Source: Bdellovibrionales bacterium (GTDB lineage Bacteria > Bdellovibrionota > Bdellovibrionia > Bdellovibrionales > UBA1609). From it: a stretch of DNA of 64,000 nt. The position numbers and the translations under genes are program-made. The notes under the pieces are model-generated. The model searched no databases, was not told the origin of the DNA, and worked only from the letters and a program-made list of their open reading frames with translations. The DNA lies in NCBI GenBank assembly GCA_050246815.1, contig JBFWVI010000001.1:56127-120126 (forward strand), given 5' to 3'. Below are positions 1 through 9,490 of the stretch, piece after piece. The first letter of the stretch is position 1. Each line of letters opens with the position of its first letter.

Positions 1-645
1 CAAGCCAGCCACCACTTTGGTTAAGCCATCAGCCAATGCACAGGTTGGGGCCACAACACTAATCAAGGTTTCATTTGCAGAGGTTGAAATCCCGCGACTG
101 GCGAAACGCTCACGCGAGGCATTTTGCAGGGATTGGGGTTTGGTCAAAGATGTGGCCAATGCCCCTTCTATGAGTTCAATTTCAGCTAAGGGTTGTGGAC
201 TTAAGGGGGATGCAATGGGGATCTTTTGCAAGCGTGGTCCGAAGGCCCTTAGATCGCCACCGGCATTCACCAAACCTTGTTTCACCCCAGCGGCCTTTAA
301 AAAGTCGACGGCCTGATCCACGGCGTAGCCTTTGGCAATGCCGCCTAAATCCAATTTATTGTTGGTGAAGGGGCAAAAAGAGCCATGGGAATTTTTAAAA
401 AGATCGCGGGTGATGGCCAAAAGATTTTCACTCCAGGTGAAAGCGTCGGGGTTCATTTTTTCATTCAAGGAATGCAGCCAATTGCCTGGACGAAAAAAAC
501 TGGCCTCGCGGTCGATTTCCTCAATTAGCGAAAAAGCCTGGGTGATCAAGGGGTGTGCAGATTCTTCATCAAGCCCCTCAACCGTGATCGTGATGTAGGT
601 GCCCAAAATTGGGCGTCGTCTATGGATTTTGTTTTGCGGGATCAT
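1..645 (-). CDS. apbE: FAD:protein FMN transferase (ApbE), runs off the window edge
   Basis: Not in the ORF track. Manual translation from ATG at 645 gives MIPQNKIHRRRPILGTYITITVE; further on NKLDLGGIAKGYAVDQA is the ApbE DLGGIAKG signature. Confidence 0.9.
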   Translation of the reverse strand, partial: MIPQNKIHRRRPILGTYITITVEGLDEESAHPLITQAFSLIEEIDREASFFRPGNWLHSLNEKMNPDAFTWSENLLAITRDLFKNSHGSFCPFTNNKLDLGGIAKGYAVDQAVDFLKAAGVKQGLVNAGGDLRAFGPRLQKIPIASPLSPQPLAEIELIEGALATSLTKPQSLQNASRERFASRGISTSANETLISVVAPTCALADGLTKVVAGL

Positions 646-1180
646 AGTTTTTCAACATATGCTGATAAAGCGACAACAGACGCTTTGCGCCTTCAGCCAG
701 GTGACGGCAAGAAAGCGTCGCGCCCGAAATATTTTTGATGCTTTGATTAAATTGAATGCTTTCCACCGAATTTTTACCAACAAACTGCTCGCGCCATTTG
801 GCATCACGCACTTCATCGCCATAGCTTTCGCGGTACTCTAGGATTTCAATTCCCAGGACTTTGCCACTTTTGTCGATCGCCATTGCGTAGAGGATATCTT
901 CGTGCTTACCTAAAACGCGGTCCAATATAAACCAATCGTCTTCGTTCGAGCGCCAAAGGCGGGGTTGAATTTTAGGCCAACGGACTCCGCTTTCTTGCGC
1001 CACCAAAGCCCGAGTGACTTCGGGCAAGGCCAGAACCACTTCGCTTAATGTTTTTTGCGGCAAAAGAACATTTTGCGCCTGCTCTAGACTTAAGTAAGTT
1101 TCGGCGCCTGAGGCCGGTTGGGTGAAACCCGCGGCAATTGGAATTAAGAAAGTGGCTTGCGCGTAAGGCTTAAAATTCAT
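620..1180 (-). CDS. Exported FMN-binding domain protein (flavinylation substrate)
   Basis: Signal peptide-like N-terminus from MNFKPYAQ; GIEILEYRESYG and NISGATLS, which matches the [S/T]GA[S/T] flavinylation motif; adjacent to apbE. Confidence 0.85.
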   Translation of the reverse strand: MNFKPYAQATFLIPIAAGFTQPASGAETYLSLEQAQNVLLPQKTLSEVVLALPEVTRALVAQESGVRWPKIQPRLWRSNEDDWFILDRVLGKHEDILYAMAIDKSGKVLGIEILEYRESYGDEVRDAKWREQFVGKNSVESIQFNQSIKNISGATLSCRHLAEGAKRLLSLYQHMLKNYDPAKQNP

Positions 1181-1184
1181 GGCG

Positions 1185-2054
1185 TCACAGGGTCCAAGCC
1201 ATAACCAAGCGGGTTTCATGCACTTCGTGTTCACTTAGGTGCAAGTTGTGTCGGCGGGAATGGTCATCCATCCAACCGTAAACTTGCGGCAAAAATGTCA
1301 AAGTCGCCCAAAAGTGCTTTTTTGCGTAGTGAATGTTTGGGCCTAAAAAAAGCGCATAGTGTTCAATGGGAAATTCGGTGTCAGGATACTCCGAGTGGTA
1401 GCGGGCTTCAAGCCCGGCCATCCAATTTGAGCGCAAGCGGTAAGAAAGTCCTGTGGTGGCTTCCACCGCCAATTCGCTGGCGAAATCGTCCTCGCCCTCG
1501 AAGCGGCGCCATTCCCACTCGGGCGAGAAGTTGAAGGCAAAAATTAAAGTGTCATCCATAAAGTTTTTTTGGAATAAAACCTTAAATTCGAAAGAGTACT
1601 CTTGCTGACGTTGGCCGGTGATTTTGAACACCGTTGAGTAGCCAGGCTCAAAGTAAAGTGAAAGTCCATACGGGTTTTGGTACGGGCTTTTTAAGTTGTG
1701 AACAGCGGCAAACTGCACGCCTTGAAAGTTGAAGGATTCACGATTGGCGTACTCGGGGTCACCATTTTCATCGGTGGGTGCGGCATTTTCAATCTTGTGG
1801 TAGCTTTGATTTAGATACATGGCCACAGCGGTTTTGTCGGTCCAGCCGTACTCAATTTCTTGGCGGATATCCAAGGCGCGATATTTGCCCGCGCCTTTGT
1901 TGGCGCGGTAAGTGGTCCAACTGTAAACTTCAAGGGCCCCTTTAGGGAAAGGCTCGGCCGTGTAGCTGTAGCCGAAGATTTTTTCGCCAGCAAAAGTGGG
2001 ACAAGTCAGGGTCGTCGCGGCAATCAAAAACAAGACTGAAAGTAAGCGAAGCAT
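1185..2054 (-). CDS. Putative outer-membrane beta-barrel protein (DUF6662-like)
   Basis: Signal peptide, FGYSYTAEPFPKG N-terminus, alternating aromatic beta strands; first gene of the FMN-binding/apbE operon. Family name from recall. Confidence 0.6.
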   Translation of the reverse strand: MLRLLSVLFLIAATTLTCPTFAGEKIFGYSYTAEPFPKGALEVYSWTTYRANKGAGKYRALDIRQEIEYGWTDKTAVAMYLNQSYHKIENAAPTDENGDPEYANRESFNFQGVQFAAVHNLKSPYQNPYGLSLYFEPGYSTVFKITGQRQQEYSFEFKVLFQKNFMDDTLIFAFNFSPEWEWRRFEGEDDFASELAVEATTGLSYRLRSNWMAGLEARYHSEYPDTEFPIEHYALFLGPNIHYAKKHFWATLTFLPQVYGWMDDHSRRHNLHLSEHEVHETRLVMAWTL

Positions 2055-2087
2055 CGGGGTCCTTTCAATTGGGTAACTTGGCTAACA

Positions 2088-2116
2088 GAAGTACGAATTG
2101 TGATTGGCAAAGTCAA
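2088..2116 (-). promoter_or_regulatory. Candidate sigma-70 promoter of the OMP/FMN-binding/apbE operon
   Basis: TTGACT-17 nt-TACTTC on the minus strand, upstream of a GAAAGGA RBS and the ATG at 2054. Confidence 0.35.
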
Positions 2117-2199
2117 AGAACCGGCCTAAACGACGAAGGTCGAAAATCTATTAAAAAGGTAAGGAAAACCAAATGAGAATGCGAGACGAAATGTCCCGC

Positions 2200-3300
2200 C
2201 TAAACGTTGAACCTAAACAGCATGATGTCACCGTCTTGGACAATGTAATCTTTGCCTTCCGAGCGATAACGGCCGGCCTCTTTGACCGCCGCTTCGGTTT
2301 TGTATTTGAAGAGGTCATCGCAGTGATAAGTTTCAGCGCGAATAAAACCGCGTTCAAAATCCGAGTGGATCACGCCAGCCGCACCAGGGGCCTTGGTGCC
2401 GCGTTCAATGGTCCAAGCCCGCACTTCTTTTTCGCCGGCGGTGAAGTAGGTGATTAAGTTTAAAAGTTTGTAAGATTCGCGAATCAGGCGGCTTAAGCCC
2501 GACTCCTCAACGCCCATGGATTTTAGAAATTCCACGCGTTCTTCCGGGGCCAGTTGGGCAATCTCGGCCTCCATCGCGCTGCAAATCATGAGGCTCTGAT
2601 TACCTTCAGACTGCGCACGAGCTTTGACCTTGTCGACCAAATCCGATTTGCCACTTTGAAACTCAGCTTCGCCCACATTGCAAACGTAAAGCACCGGCTT
2701 GCTGGTCAGCAGATGCAGTTCTTTTAAAATTGGCATTTCGGCTTCTTCAACCGGCACGGTGCGGGCCGGTTTTCCGGCCTGAAGTGCATCGTAAAGCTTT
2801 TTGCAGATGCTGAATTCGACTTTGATTTTAGCGTCTTTGGTCGATTGGGCAATTTTCTCGATCTTTTTGTAGCGCTTTTCGACGGAGTCCAGGTCAGCCA
2901 GCATCAGTTCGGTGTTGATCACGTCGATGTCGCGAATGGGGTCCACATGGCCTGAAACGTGAATGACGTTGGGGTCCTCAAAACAGCGCACCACATGCAC
3001 GATGGCATTGGTTTCACGGATGTTAGCCAAAAATTTATTTCCCAAGCCTTCGCCTTGGCTGGCGCCGGCCACAAGTCCCGCGATGTCCACAAACTCCATG
3101 ACCGTCGGTACGGTTTGCTGAGGTTTGACGAAAGCGGTGATTTGGTCCAAACGTGAATCGGGCACGGTCACCACCCCGACGTTGGGATCAATGGTGCAAA
3201 ACGGATAATTGGCGGCTTCTGCTTTTGCGGAGGTCAAAGCATTAAAGAGAGTGCTTTTGCCGACGTTGGGAAGTCCGACGATGCCACATTGTAAAGCCAT
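2200..3300 (-). CDS. ychF: Redox-regulated ATPase YchF
   Basis: [33 protein letters not shown]-terminal [11 protein letters not shown]. Confidence 0.98.
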   Translation of the reverse strand: MALQCGIVGLPNVGKSTLFNALTSAKAEAANYPFCTIDPNVGVVTVPDSRLDQITAFVKPQQTVPTVMEFVDIAGLVAGASQGEGLGNKFLANIRETNAIVHVVRCFEDPNVIHVSGHVDPIRDIDVINTELMLADLDSVEKRYKKIEKIAQSTKDAKIKVEFSICKKLYDALQAGKPARTVPVEEAEMPILKELHLLTSKPVLYVCNVGEAEFQSGKSDLVDKVKARAQSEGNQSLMICSAMEAEIAQLAPEERVEFLKSMGVEESGLSRLIRESYKLLNLITYFTAGEKEVRAWTIERGTKAPGAAGVIHSDFERGFIRAETYHCDDLFKYKTEAAVKEAGRYRSEGKDYIVQDGDIMLFRFNV

Positions 3301-3306
3301 TTTCAG

Positions 3307-3888
3307 TTATCCTTTCGCGGCCGCGTTGAATTGATTGGCGGCGCGTTCGGTGCCGTTTTTAATCCAGTATTCGATCGCATCCAAACCGTCACCTAAGAAC
3401 TGCGCAAGCTTGTCCGCGGGCTCAGTGAAGTTTGCCAAAACGTAATCCGCAATGCTGTGCCGGGGATCGGCCGGACGACCCACACCCATTTTAAGGCGGG
3501 CATAATCATCCGAGCCCAAAATTTGATGGATGTTTTTGATGCCATTTTGCCCGCCAGGGCCACGTCGGATGTGAAAACGAAATTCACCAAATGGCAAATC
3601 CACGTCGTCATGCACCACCAGCAGATCAGGTCGTTCGATACGGTAAAAGCTCATGATGGGATGGACTGCCTCGCCAGATCGGTTCATGTAAGTCTGCGGT
3701 TTTACCAAAAGCAGATCTTGGCCCTGCCACTTCAATTTGCAGATTTGTGCTTTAAATTGAGTTTCAGTTTTAAAGCTTGAGCCGGGACTGAGCTGCTCAA
3801 GCAGCCCATCCATCATCAAAAAGCCCACATTGTGGCGATTGAGAATATATTTTTGACCGGGATTGCCCAAGCCGACGATGAGTTTCAC
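3307..3888 (-). CDS. pth: Peptidyl-tRNA hydrolase
   Basis: LIVGLGNPG, RHNVGF, KPQTYMNRSG, VVHDDVDL; usual rplY-pth-ychF order. Confidence 0.97.
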   Translation of the reverse strand: MKLIVGLGNPGQKYILNRHNVGFLMMDGLLEQLSPGSSFKTETQFKAQICKLKWQGQDLLLVKPQTYMNRSGEAVHPIMSFYRIERPDLLVVHDDVDLPFGEFRFHIRRGPGGQNGIKNIHQILGSDDYARLKMGVGRPADPRHSIADYVLANFTEPADKLAQFLGDGLDAIEYWIKNGTERAANQFNAAAKG

Positions 3889-3917
3889 CGGGTGCTCTCC
3901 CTAAGCGGCAAAAAGGA

Positions 3918-4631
3918 TTACTTCTTTTCGGCTTTCTTGTCGCCACCAGCAGCCGGGGCCGCCGCAGCCGGGGCTGCGCCAGGAGCCGCCGCAGGAGCGC
4001 CAGCAGCCGGGGCTGCGCCAGGAGCCGCTGCCGCATCCGCCGCTGCCACAGGAGCCGCTGCCACGATTTCTTCGACGATTGCACAGTTGGCTATGGTCTC
4101 TTGCGGCGAGGTGATCAGCTTGACGCCCTCTGGGAAGGTCACATCCGAAACGTGCATGCTTTCATTTAAGCCCATGCCGCTGACATTAACTTCAAAGAAC
4201 TCCGGGATTGCCGTCGGCAAACATTCCACTTCGACGTCGCGGCGGATGGCGTTGAACACGCCGCCTTCACCAACGCCTAAAGCTTTGCCGGTGAAGCGAA
4301 GTTCCACGTTCACGCGCACGTTCTTGGCCATGTCCAGTGCGTAAAAGTCCAAGTGGACGGGCTTACGGCTTAAGGGGTGGATGGTCAAAGCCTTACGCAG
4401 CACCTTGATGCCGTTTAAAGCTTTGTCTTCGGATTTAAAAGTGAAGATGGTGTTTTCAAAACCACGTTTGCTGTAGCGAACGGCGTCCAGTTCGAACAAC
4501 GACAAGTTGAGCGGTTTGGTTTTGGGTCCATAGACCACGGCCGGGATTTGTTGTTCTTTGCGCGCGCTGCGCGAAAAGTGCTTACCGCTGGTGCGGGGTT
4601 TTACTTCGATTGTTAAATTCTGCTGTGCCAT
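3918..4631 (-). CDS. rplY: 50S ribosomal protein L25/Ctc with Ala/Pro-rich C-terminal tail
   Basis: IPAVVYG, HLDFY, VEVECLPTAIPE; lies between prs and pth. Confidence 0.95.
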   Translation of the reverse strand: MAQQNLTIEVKPRTSGKHFSRSARKEQQIPAVVYGPKTKPLNLSLFELDAVRYSKRGFENTIFTFKSEDKALNGIKVLRKALTIHPLSRKPVHLDFYALDMAKNVRVNVELRFTGKALGVGEGGVFNAIRRDVEVECLPTAIPEFFEVNVSGMGLNESMHVSDVTFPEGVKLITSPQETIANCAIVEEIVAAAPVAAADAAAAPGAAPAAGAPAAAPGAAPAAAAPAAGGDKKAEKK

Positions 4632-4649
4632 CTTTTGTCTCCCAAAAAA

Positions 4650-5600
4650 CTATTGATCATCAAATAAAGCGCTTACTGAGTCGTAGGTGTAAATCCGGCG
4701 AATCGCTTCTGCCACCACCGGGGCCATCGAAACCACAGTAAATTTGTCGCTGTTTTTGGCCGCTTCCTTCAAAGGAATCGTGTCCGTCACCCACACCCTT
4801 TCGACGCCGCTTTCTTGTAAGCGGGTGATCGCCGGGCCCGAAAGCACGGGGTGGGTGGCAACAGCAAACACACGTTTTGCCCCATTTTTAAGCAGACTGT
4901 CAACAGCCTGAGTCAAAGTGCCGGCAGTGTCGATCATGTCGTCCAAAATAATGGCATCTTTACCTTTTACGTCACCGATCAGGTGATAGGCCTTGGCCTC
5001 GTTGGGGCCAGTTCGGCGCTTATCGATAATGGCAATGGGGCATTCAATGCGTTTGGCAAAGGCTCGGACCCGCTCCACCCCCCCGGCATCGGGGCTCACA
5101 CAGACGAATTGATCGCCATGCCCCATGGATTCGCGCCAGGCGCGGGCCAGGGTGGGAATGGCAAATAAGTGGTCCACAGGGCCGTTAAAGAAGCCCTGGA
5201 TCTGAGAGGAGTGCAAATCAACCACCACCAGGCGGTTGGCGCCTGCCGTGTGGCAGAGCTCGGCCACACATTTGGCGCTAATCGGGGCGCGTGGGGCAAC
5301 CTTTCGATCTTGGCGGGCATAGCCGTAATAGGGCATGACCAGAGTGATTTCTGCCGCCGATGCACGCTTAAAAGCATCCAAGATCAGAAAAAGCTCCATG
5401 TAGTTTTCATTGACCGGCGGGGAGGTGCTCTGAATCAGAAAAATGCTGCAACCGCGAACACTTTCATGAATCTCCACGCGGACTTCGCCGTCGGCAAAAC
5501 GACCGATGTCGCAGTGGCCAAGCTCAACTCCGGCCGCCTGAGCGACTTTTCGAGCAAAATCTACATTCGAATTACCGGAGAAAATTTTCATGCGCTTCAT
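4650..5600 (-). CDS. prs: Ribose-phosphate pyrophosphokinase
   Basis: FADGE, PYYGYARQDRK, DLHSSQIQGFF, VSPDAGG, DDMIDTAGT. Confidence 0.98.
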   Translation of the reverse strand: MKRMKIFSGNSNVDFARKVAQAAGVELGHCDIGRFADGEVRVEIHESVRGCSIFLIQSTSPPVNENYMELFLILDAFKRASAAEITLVMPYYGYARQDRKVAPRAPISAKCVAELCHTAGANRLVVVDLHSSQIQGFFNGPVDHLFAIPTLARAWRESMGHGDQFVCVSPDAGGVERVRAFAKRIECPIAIIDKRRTGPNEAKAYHLIGDVKGKDAIILDDMIDTAGTLTQAVDSLLKNGAKRVFAVATHPVLSGPAITRLQESGVERVWVTDTIPLKEAAKNSDKFTVVSMAPVVAEAIRRIYTYDSVSALFDDQ

Positions 5601-5731
5601 GGGTGCGAAAGTCTTAATCGATTGGGTGGGTAAAGTCCACTTTTGTCGAAGGATGACTTGAATTTGAAATCTACAGTATCTGGGGTCGCTAAGGTTGACT
5701 TTTTACGGGGTCCGTTAAGTATACTTTCGGC

Positions 5732-6136
5732 ATGGAAATGCCAGCAACCCAATGGGACGTCAAACAAGAGAAAAATTGGGCCGTCATGGTCGTTGAGGGC
5801 CGTTTGGACTCATTTAATTTTGACCCTTTTTGCCGCCAGCTGAATGAATTGGTGCAGTCGGGGCGCAATCGGATTGCCCTGGATCTGTCGGGTGCCCGTT
5901 TTTTAAGCTTACCCAGCATCAAATACCTCACCACCTTTGCCGAAGAACTTGAAAAAGCCGGCGGCAATTTCGCTCTTTTAGCGGCCTCTGAAAAGTTAAA
6001 GCGTCAAATCGATGTGTATGCCACCTTGAACCCAATGAAGGTGGTTCGTAATCTTGAACAGCTGCACAATTGGGATCCTCAGGTTTCGCCGCTTCGCTCA
6101 CCGGCGGTTCCATCTAAAGCTCACGCTGAAGTTTAG
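5732..6136 (+). CDS. STAS-domain protein (anti-sigma-factor antagonist-like)
   Basis: VEGRLDS and IALDLSGARFLS pattern; 134 aa. Confidence 0.8.
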   Translation: MEMPATQWDVKQEKNWAVMVVEGRLDSFNFDPFCRQLNELVQSGRNRIALDLSGARFLSLPSIKYLTTFAEELEKAGGNFALLAASEKLKRQIDVYATLNPMKVVRNLEQLHNWDPQVSPLRSPAVPSKAHAEV

Positions 6137-6143
6137 AGCGGTT

Positions 6144-6821
6144 ATGCCGCTGCTTTTTTTTGTGCTTTTGGCGGTGATGTTCTTTGGTACAAACGCCAAG
6201 GCCGCAGACTTTTCAGGTCATGCTGGCGCCACTTTGACTGGGGCGGCCGCCAGTATTTTGATGCACGAAAGCGGTCATGCCTTGGCCGCCAAAGCCGTCG
6301 GGTGGCAAATTGTGGCCTTCAAACCTTATCCGACGAAGCTCAAAATTCCTTTAAAAGAGGGTGGCGCCAAAGAAGTTTGGGCCGGGGGCTTGGTGCATTT
6401 TCTTCCCTCAGAGCCAGCCGCAAGCCCTGAACGGCGGGGCCACCAGGCCTGGGTTTCGGCGATGGGCAGTGTGGGGAATAGTTTGGCGGTTTTAGCCTTA
6501 GCTCCGTTGCTACCCGAGTTGGGTGGTTTTGGGGCCATGGCTTTGAATGACGCCATGATCATGTCCACTTTTGATTGGCCGGCCTATGCGCTGATCGACA
6601 GTTTGGTTTATTGGAAACTTTTGAAGGGCACGCCTTACAATGATTGGCATCAGGTGTCCTTGAACACGGGAATCGCCACGCCTTGGTATTTCTTGGCGGG
6701 GATGGGAGTCAGTTTTCTGCTGAACCAATACCATCGATATTGGCAAAATGAAGCGGCAGAGCGAGGGGCTTTGCCGACGGAGTTTCGCACCAACATAGTC
6801 GGCGCGAAGTTTTTGTTTTAG
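6144..6821 (+). CDS. Membrane zinc metalloprotease-like protein (M50-like)
   Basis: LMHESGHAL (HExxH) in a hydrophobic segment, VSAMGSVGN, distal ND motif; several TM segments. Start moved to ATG 6144. Confidence 0.6.
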   Translation: MPLLFFVLLAVMFFGTNAKAADFSGHAGATLTGAAASILMHESGHALAAKAVGWQIVAFKPYPTKLKIPLKEGGAKEVWAGGLVHFLPSEPAASPERRGHQAWVSAMGSVGNSLAVLALAPLLPELGGFGAMALNDAMIMSTFDWPAYALIDSLVYWKLLKGTPYNDWHQVSLNTGIATPWYFLAGMGVSFLLNQYHRYWQNEAAERGALPTEFRTNIVGAKFLF

Positions 6822-6918
6822 TAACGGCACAAGGGTTGAAATAACCCTTTGCATCTGTAAAAACAATCCCAGGAGCAGAAAGTCGCTCTTCTGCACTCAG
6901 TTTAAAAAGTAGTTGGCT

Positions 6919-7506
6919 CTATTTGCTTTGCAACAACTCGTAAAGCTTACGAATTGCCTGGCCGCGATGGGAGATTTTGTTTTTAAACGCTAAACCCAGC
7001 TCGCCAAAAGTTTTGCTTTCGCCTTCGGGAATGAAAATCGCGTCGTAGCCAAAGCCGGCTTGGCCGACCGCTTTTTCGGCGATGGAACCTTCAACCACTC
7101 CGTCAATCACATGCTCTTGGCCAGTGGGATCAAACACCACGAAGGCACAGACAAAGCGGGCTTTGCGGTTTAAGGGAGAGCGAATTTGCAGCATCTTCAA
7201 AACTTTGGCATTGTTTTCGGCGTCGGAGGCTTTGGGGCCGGCGTAGCGGGCTGAATGAACCCCCGGCATTTTGCCAAGGCCATCCACTTCAAGGCCACTG
7301 TCGTCGGCGACCACCCAAACTCCGGGCTTCATCGCCTTCATGCTGCGTGCCTTGATGCGGGCGTTGTCGACAAAAGTGGCGCCGGTTTCGGGCGGCGCAG
7401 AGTAAACTTTCATCTCGCTGGCCCCGTGCAAATCAACACCGCTTAAAAGACTTTTGAATTCACTCAGCTTACCTTGATTGGTGGTGGCCACCCAAAGTTC
7501 AGTCAT
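6919..7506 (-). CDS. rdgB: Non-canonical purine NTP pyrophosphatase (RdgB/Ham1)
   Basis: ATTNQGK, ADDSGLEV, PGVHSARY, GFGYD, KNKISHRG. Confidence 0.96.
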   Translation of the reverse strand: MTELWVATTNQGKLSEFKSLLSGVDLHGASEMKVYSAPPETGATFVDNARIKARSMKAMKPGVWVVADDSGLEVDGLGKMPGVHSARYAGPKASDAENNAKVLKMLQIRSPLNRKARFVCAFVVFDPTGQEHVIDGVVEGSIAEKAVGQAGFGYDAIFIPEGESKTFGELGLAFKNKISHRGQAIRKLYELLQSK

Positions 7507-7516
7507 AAAGGACTTC

Positions 7517-8248
7517 CTAAAGAGGGAAGATGTTCTTGATCAATTCACTTTGGTGTCGAAAAAGTTCACGGCAGCCGACATCCGCAAGCTCGGTCATGGC
7601 GTTCATTTGCTCGCGCGAGAAGGCTTCGCCTTCGGCGGTGCCTTGGATCTCGACAAAATCGCCCCGACTGGTCATGACAAAGTTCATGTCTGTGCTGCAG
7701 GCAAAATCTTCATCATAGCAAAGATCCAAAATAGGTTTTGGGCCTTGCATGCCGACACTGATTGCCGCGACATAGTGTTTCAAGGGAAGAGTTTTGATGT
7801 CGCCACGGTCTTTCATGAATTTGAGTGCAAAGGCCAATGCCACAAAACCGCCGGTGACTGCCGCCGTGCGGGTGCCGCCGTCGGCTTGCAAGACATCACA
7901 ATCGATCATCACTTGGCGTTCACCTAGGGCCTTTAAATCCACAGCAGCGCGAAGACTGCGACCGATCAAACGAGAGATCTCTTGGGTGCGGCCCGAGTTG
8001 GCGGCCTTTTCACGCTGCATGCGGGTGTGGGTCGAGCGTGGCAACATGCCGTATTCGGCCGTCACCCAGCCTTGCCCTGTGCCCTGCAGCCATTTGGGAG
8101 CTGTATTTTCAACTGTGGCCGTACAAAAGACTCGAGTGTGGCCAAAACGAACTTCCACGCTGCCTTCGGCATAGCGGGCCACTTCGGGGATCAATTCCAC
8201 AGTTCTTAACTGATTGTCTTTTCTTCCGTCTGCGCGCATGGCGGTCAC
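7517..8248 (-). CDS. rph: Ribonuclease PH
   Basis: [42 protein letters not shown]. Confidence 0.98.
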   Translation of the reverse strand: MTAMRADGRKDNQLRTVELIPEVARYAEGSVEVRFGHTRVFCTATVENTAPKWLQGTGQGWVTAEYGMLPRSTHTRMQREKAANSGRTQEISRLIGRSLRAAVDLKALGERQVMIDCDVLQADGGTRTAAVTGGFVALAFALKFMKDRGDIKTLPLKHYVAAISVGMQGPKPILDLCYDEDFACSTDMNFVMTSRGDFVEIQGTAEGEAFSREQMNAMTELADVGCRELFRHQSELIKNIFPL

Positions 8249-9009
8249 TGTAGGCGGGGTGCCTGGGGTTTGTCCAATGATTCGTGATAACGGATCAGGC
8301 CTTCATGAAGACTTTGCGCCACCAGTTGTTGATATTCGGCGGTGACCAATCTCAGACGCTCTTCAGGGTGTGATAAATAGCCAATTTCGATCAAAGCCGA
8401 AGGGATGGTCAAATTACTGATCACAAAAAAAGGAGCTTGGCGAATCGATTTGGATTTGGCCTTATGGCCACCGCGCCAAGCCAGCTCCAAGGATTTGGCA
8501 AGTCTGCTGCTGGCATAAACCCTTTGGTTGCGGGCTAAGTCACGAATGATCAATTGCACTTCCGATGGCACGGCTGTTTCCGCTTCAAGCAGACCCCTTG
8601 CGTGGCCCTCATTTTCACGGGCGGCCAAATACATGGACTCTTCATCTGGGGGCAATTGGTTTTGAAAATAGATTTCAACGCCACGGGCTTTGGGGTCCGT
8701 GGACCAATTGGCGTGAATACTCAGCAGCAAATCACCCTTGGCCTGTTCGGCCCGACGGACCCGCTCGCCAAGGTCTAAAAATTCATCGTTTCGGCGGGTC
8801 ATATAGGCAACGAAGCGGCCGTCTTCTTTCAACCGCTCATACAGCATTTCGGTGACCGACAAAGTGATATGGGATTCTTTGCTGTCCGCCGCATGAGCAC
8901 CTTCGTCTTTGCCGCCATGGCCCGGATCCAAAATGACTTTCAAAGGGGCGGCGCCGCTTTCGATTGCGAAAAGCATGAAAATGGTAATCGGTAAAACCTT
9001 TGCATTCAT
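8245..9009 (-). CDS. N-acetylmuramoyl-L-alanine amidase (Amidase_3)
   Basis: [26 protein letters not shown]. Start placed at ATG 9009 (MNAKVL, signal peptide) rather than 9207. Confidence 0.92.
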   Translation of the reverse strand: MNAKVLPITIFMLFAIESGAAPLKVILDPGHGGKDEGAHAADSKESHITLSVTEMLYERLKEDGRFVAYMTRRNDEFLDLGERVRRAEQAKGDLLLSIHANWSTDPKARGVEIYFQNQLPPDEESMYLAARENEGHARGLLEAETAVPSEVQLIIRDLARNQRVYASSRLAKSLELAWRGGHKAKSKSIRQAPFFVISNLTIPSALIEIGYLSHPEERLRLVTAEYQQLVAQSLHEGLIRYHESLDKPQAPRLQ

Positions 9010-9102
9010 TCTGTCTAGAATACCGTGAGGCGCGGTGTTCACGGCAGACCAGGGACTTTGAATCTCGGCAAACGGCTTGGGCTTTTCGGTGGTCAAAAGG
9101 CG

Positions 9103-9142
9103 AAAAAAAAGCGACCTGGGGGTAAGGAGGGGACCAGGTCGC
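9103..9142 (-). terminator. Intrinsic terminator
   Basis: 9 bp perfect stem (9111-9119 with 9134-9142) followed by T8 on the minus strand (9103-9110). Confidence 0.8.
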
Positions 9143-9160
9143 CAAGGGGGGGATACCCTT
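9103..9160 (-). ncRNA. Candidate sigma-54-dependent small RNA with C-rich (anti-SD) loops
   Basis: Minus strand reads AAGGGTATCCCCCCCTTG GCGACCTGG-TCCCCTCCTTACCC-CCAGGTCGC TTTTTTTT, directly after a perfect sigma-54 promoter. Confidence 0.6.
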
Positions 9161-9167
9161 AGTACTA

Positions 9168-9183
9168 AGCAAGTGAGGTGCCA
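9168..9183 (-). promoter_or_regulatory. Sigma-54 (-24/-12) promoter
   Basis: TGGCACCTCACTTGCT matches TGGCAC-N5-TTGCW exactly. Confidence 0.75.
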
Positions 9184-9490
9184 GCGATCGGTCACCCCAG
9201 AGCTCATATATTAATTTTAGGGCATTCAGAAGTGCGTCTTATGGTAAGGATTACGCAATTCTGGGAGCGTACCAATCAACTCTGGTCAATTTAAGACGCA
9301 TTGCAATATTACAAGTTATCGGAATTACTAGCTTTTTAAATGTTCATCATTTGCAGTGCCATTTTCGGGCAGGGTGACGAAATTTTTCAAAGCAAAAGAT
9401 CTACTTAACGCGATGCATGGTTAAGCTGGGCCCAAGGTCGGGCCGATAAGCAAAGGTGGGTGGCCAACCAGGTTGGTCCAGGGAGAATTT

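Noticed and set aside
5601..5731. tRNA-Gln often found upstream of prs
   Set aside because: No cloverleaf or T-loop GTTCGA motif on either strand.
6825..6895. CGGCACAAGGGTTGAA, sharing 13 nt with the sigma-54 site at 12031, followed by small hairpins
   Set aside because: The -12 GC is replaced by GA, no downstream gene lies on that strand, and the sequence is part of an AAGGGTT/AACCCTT hairpin between convergent genes.
9010..9207. N-terminal extension of the amidase ORF to 9207
   Set aside because: It runs through a promoter and a strong terminator; ATG 9009 gives a normal signal peptide.
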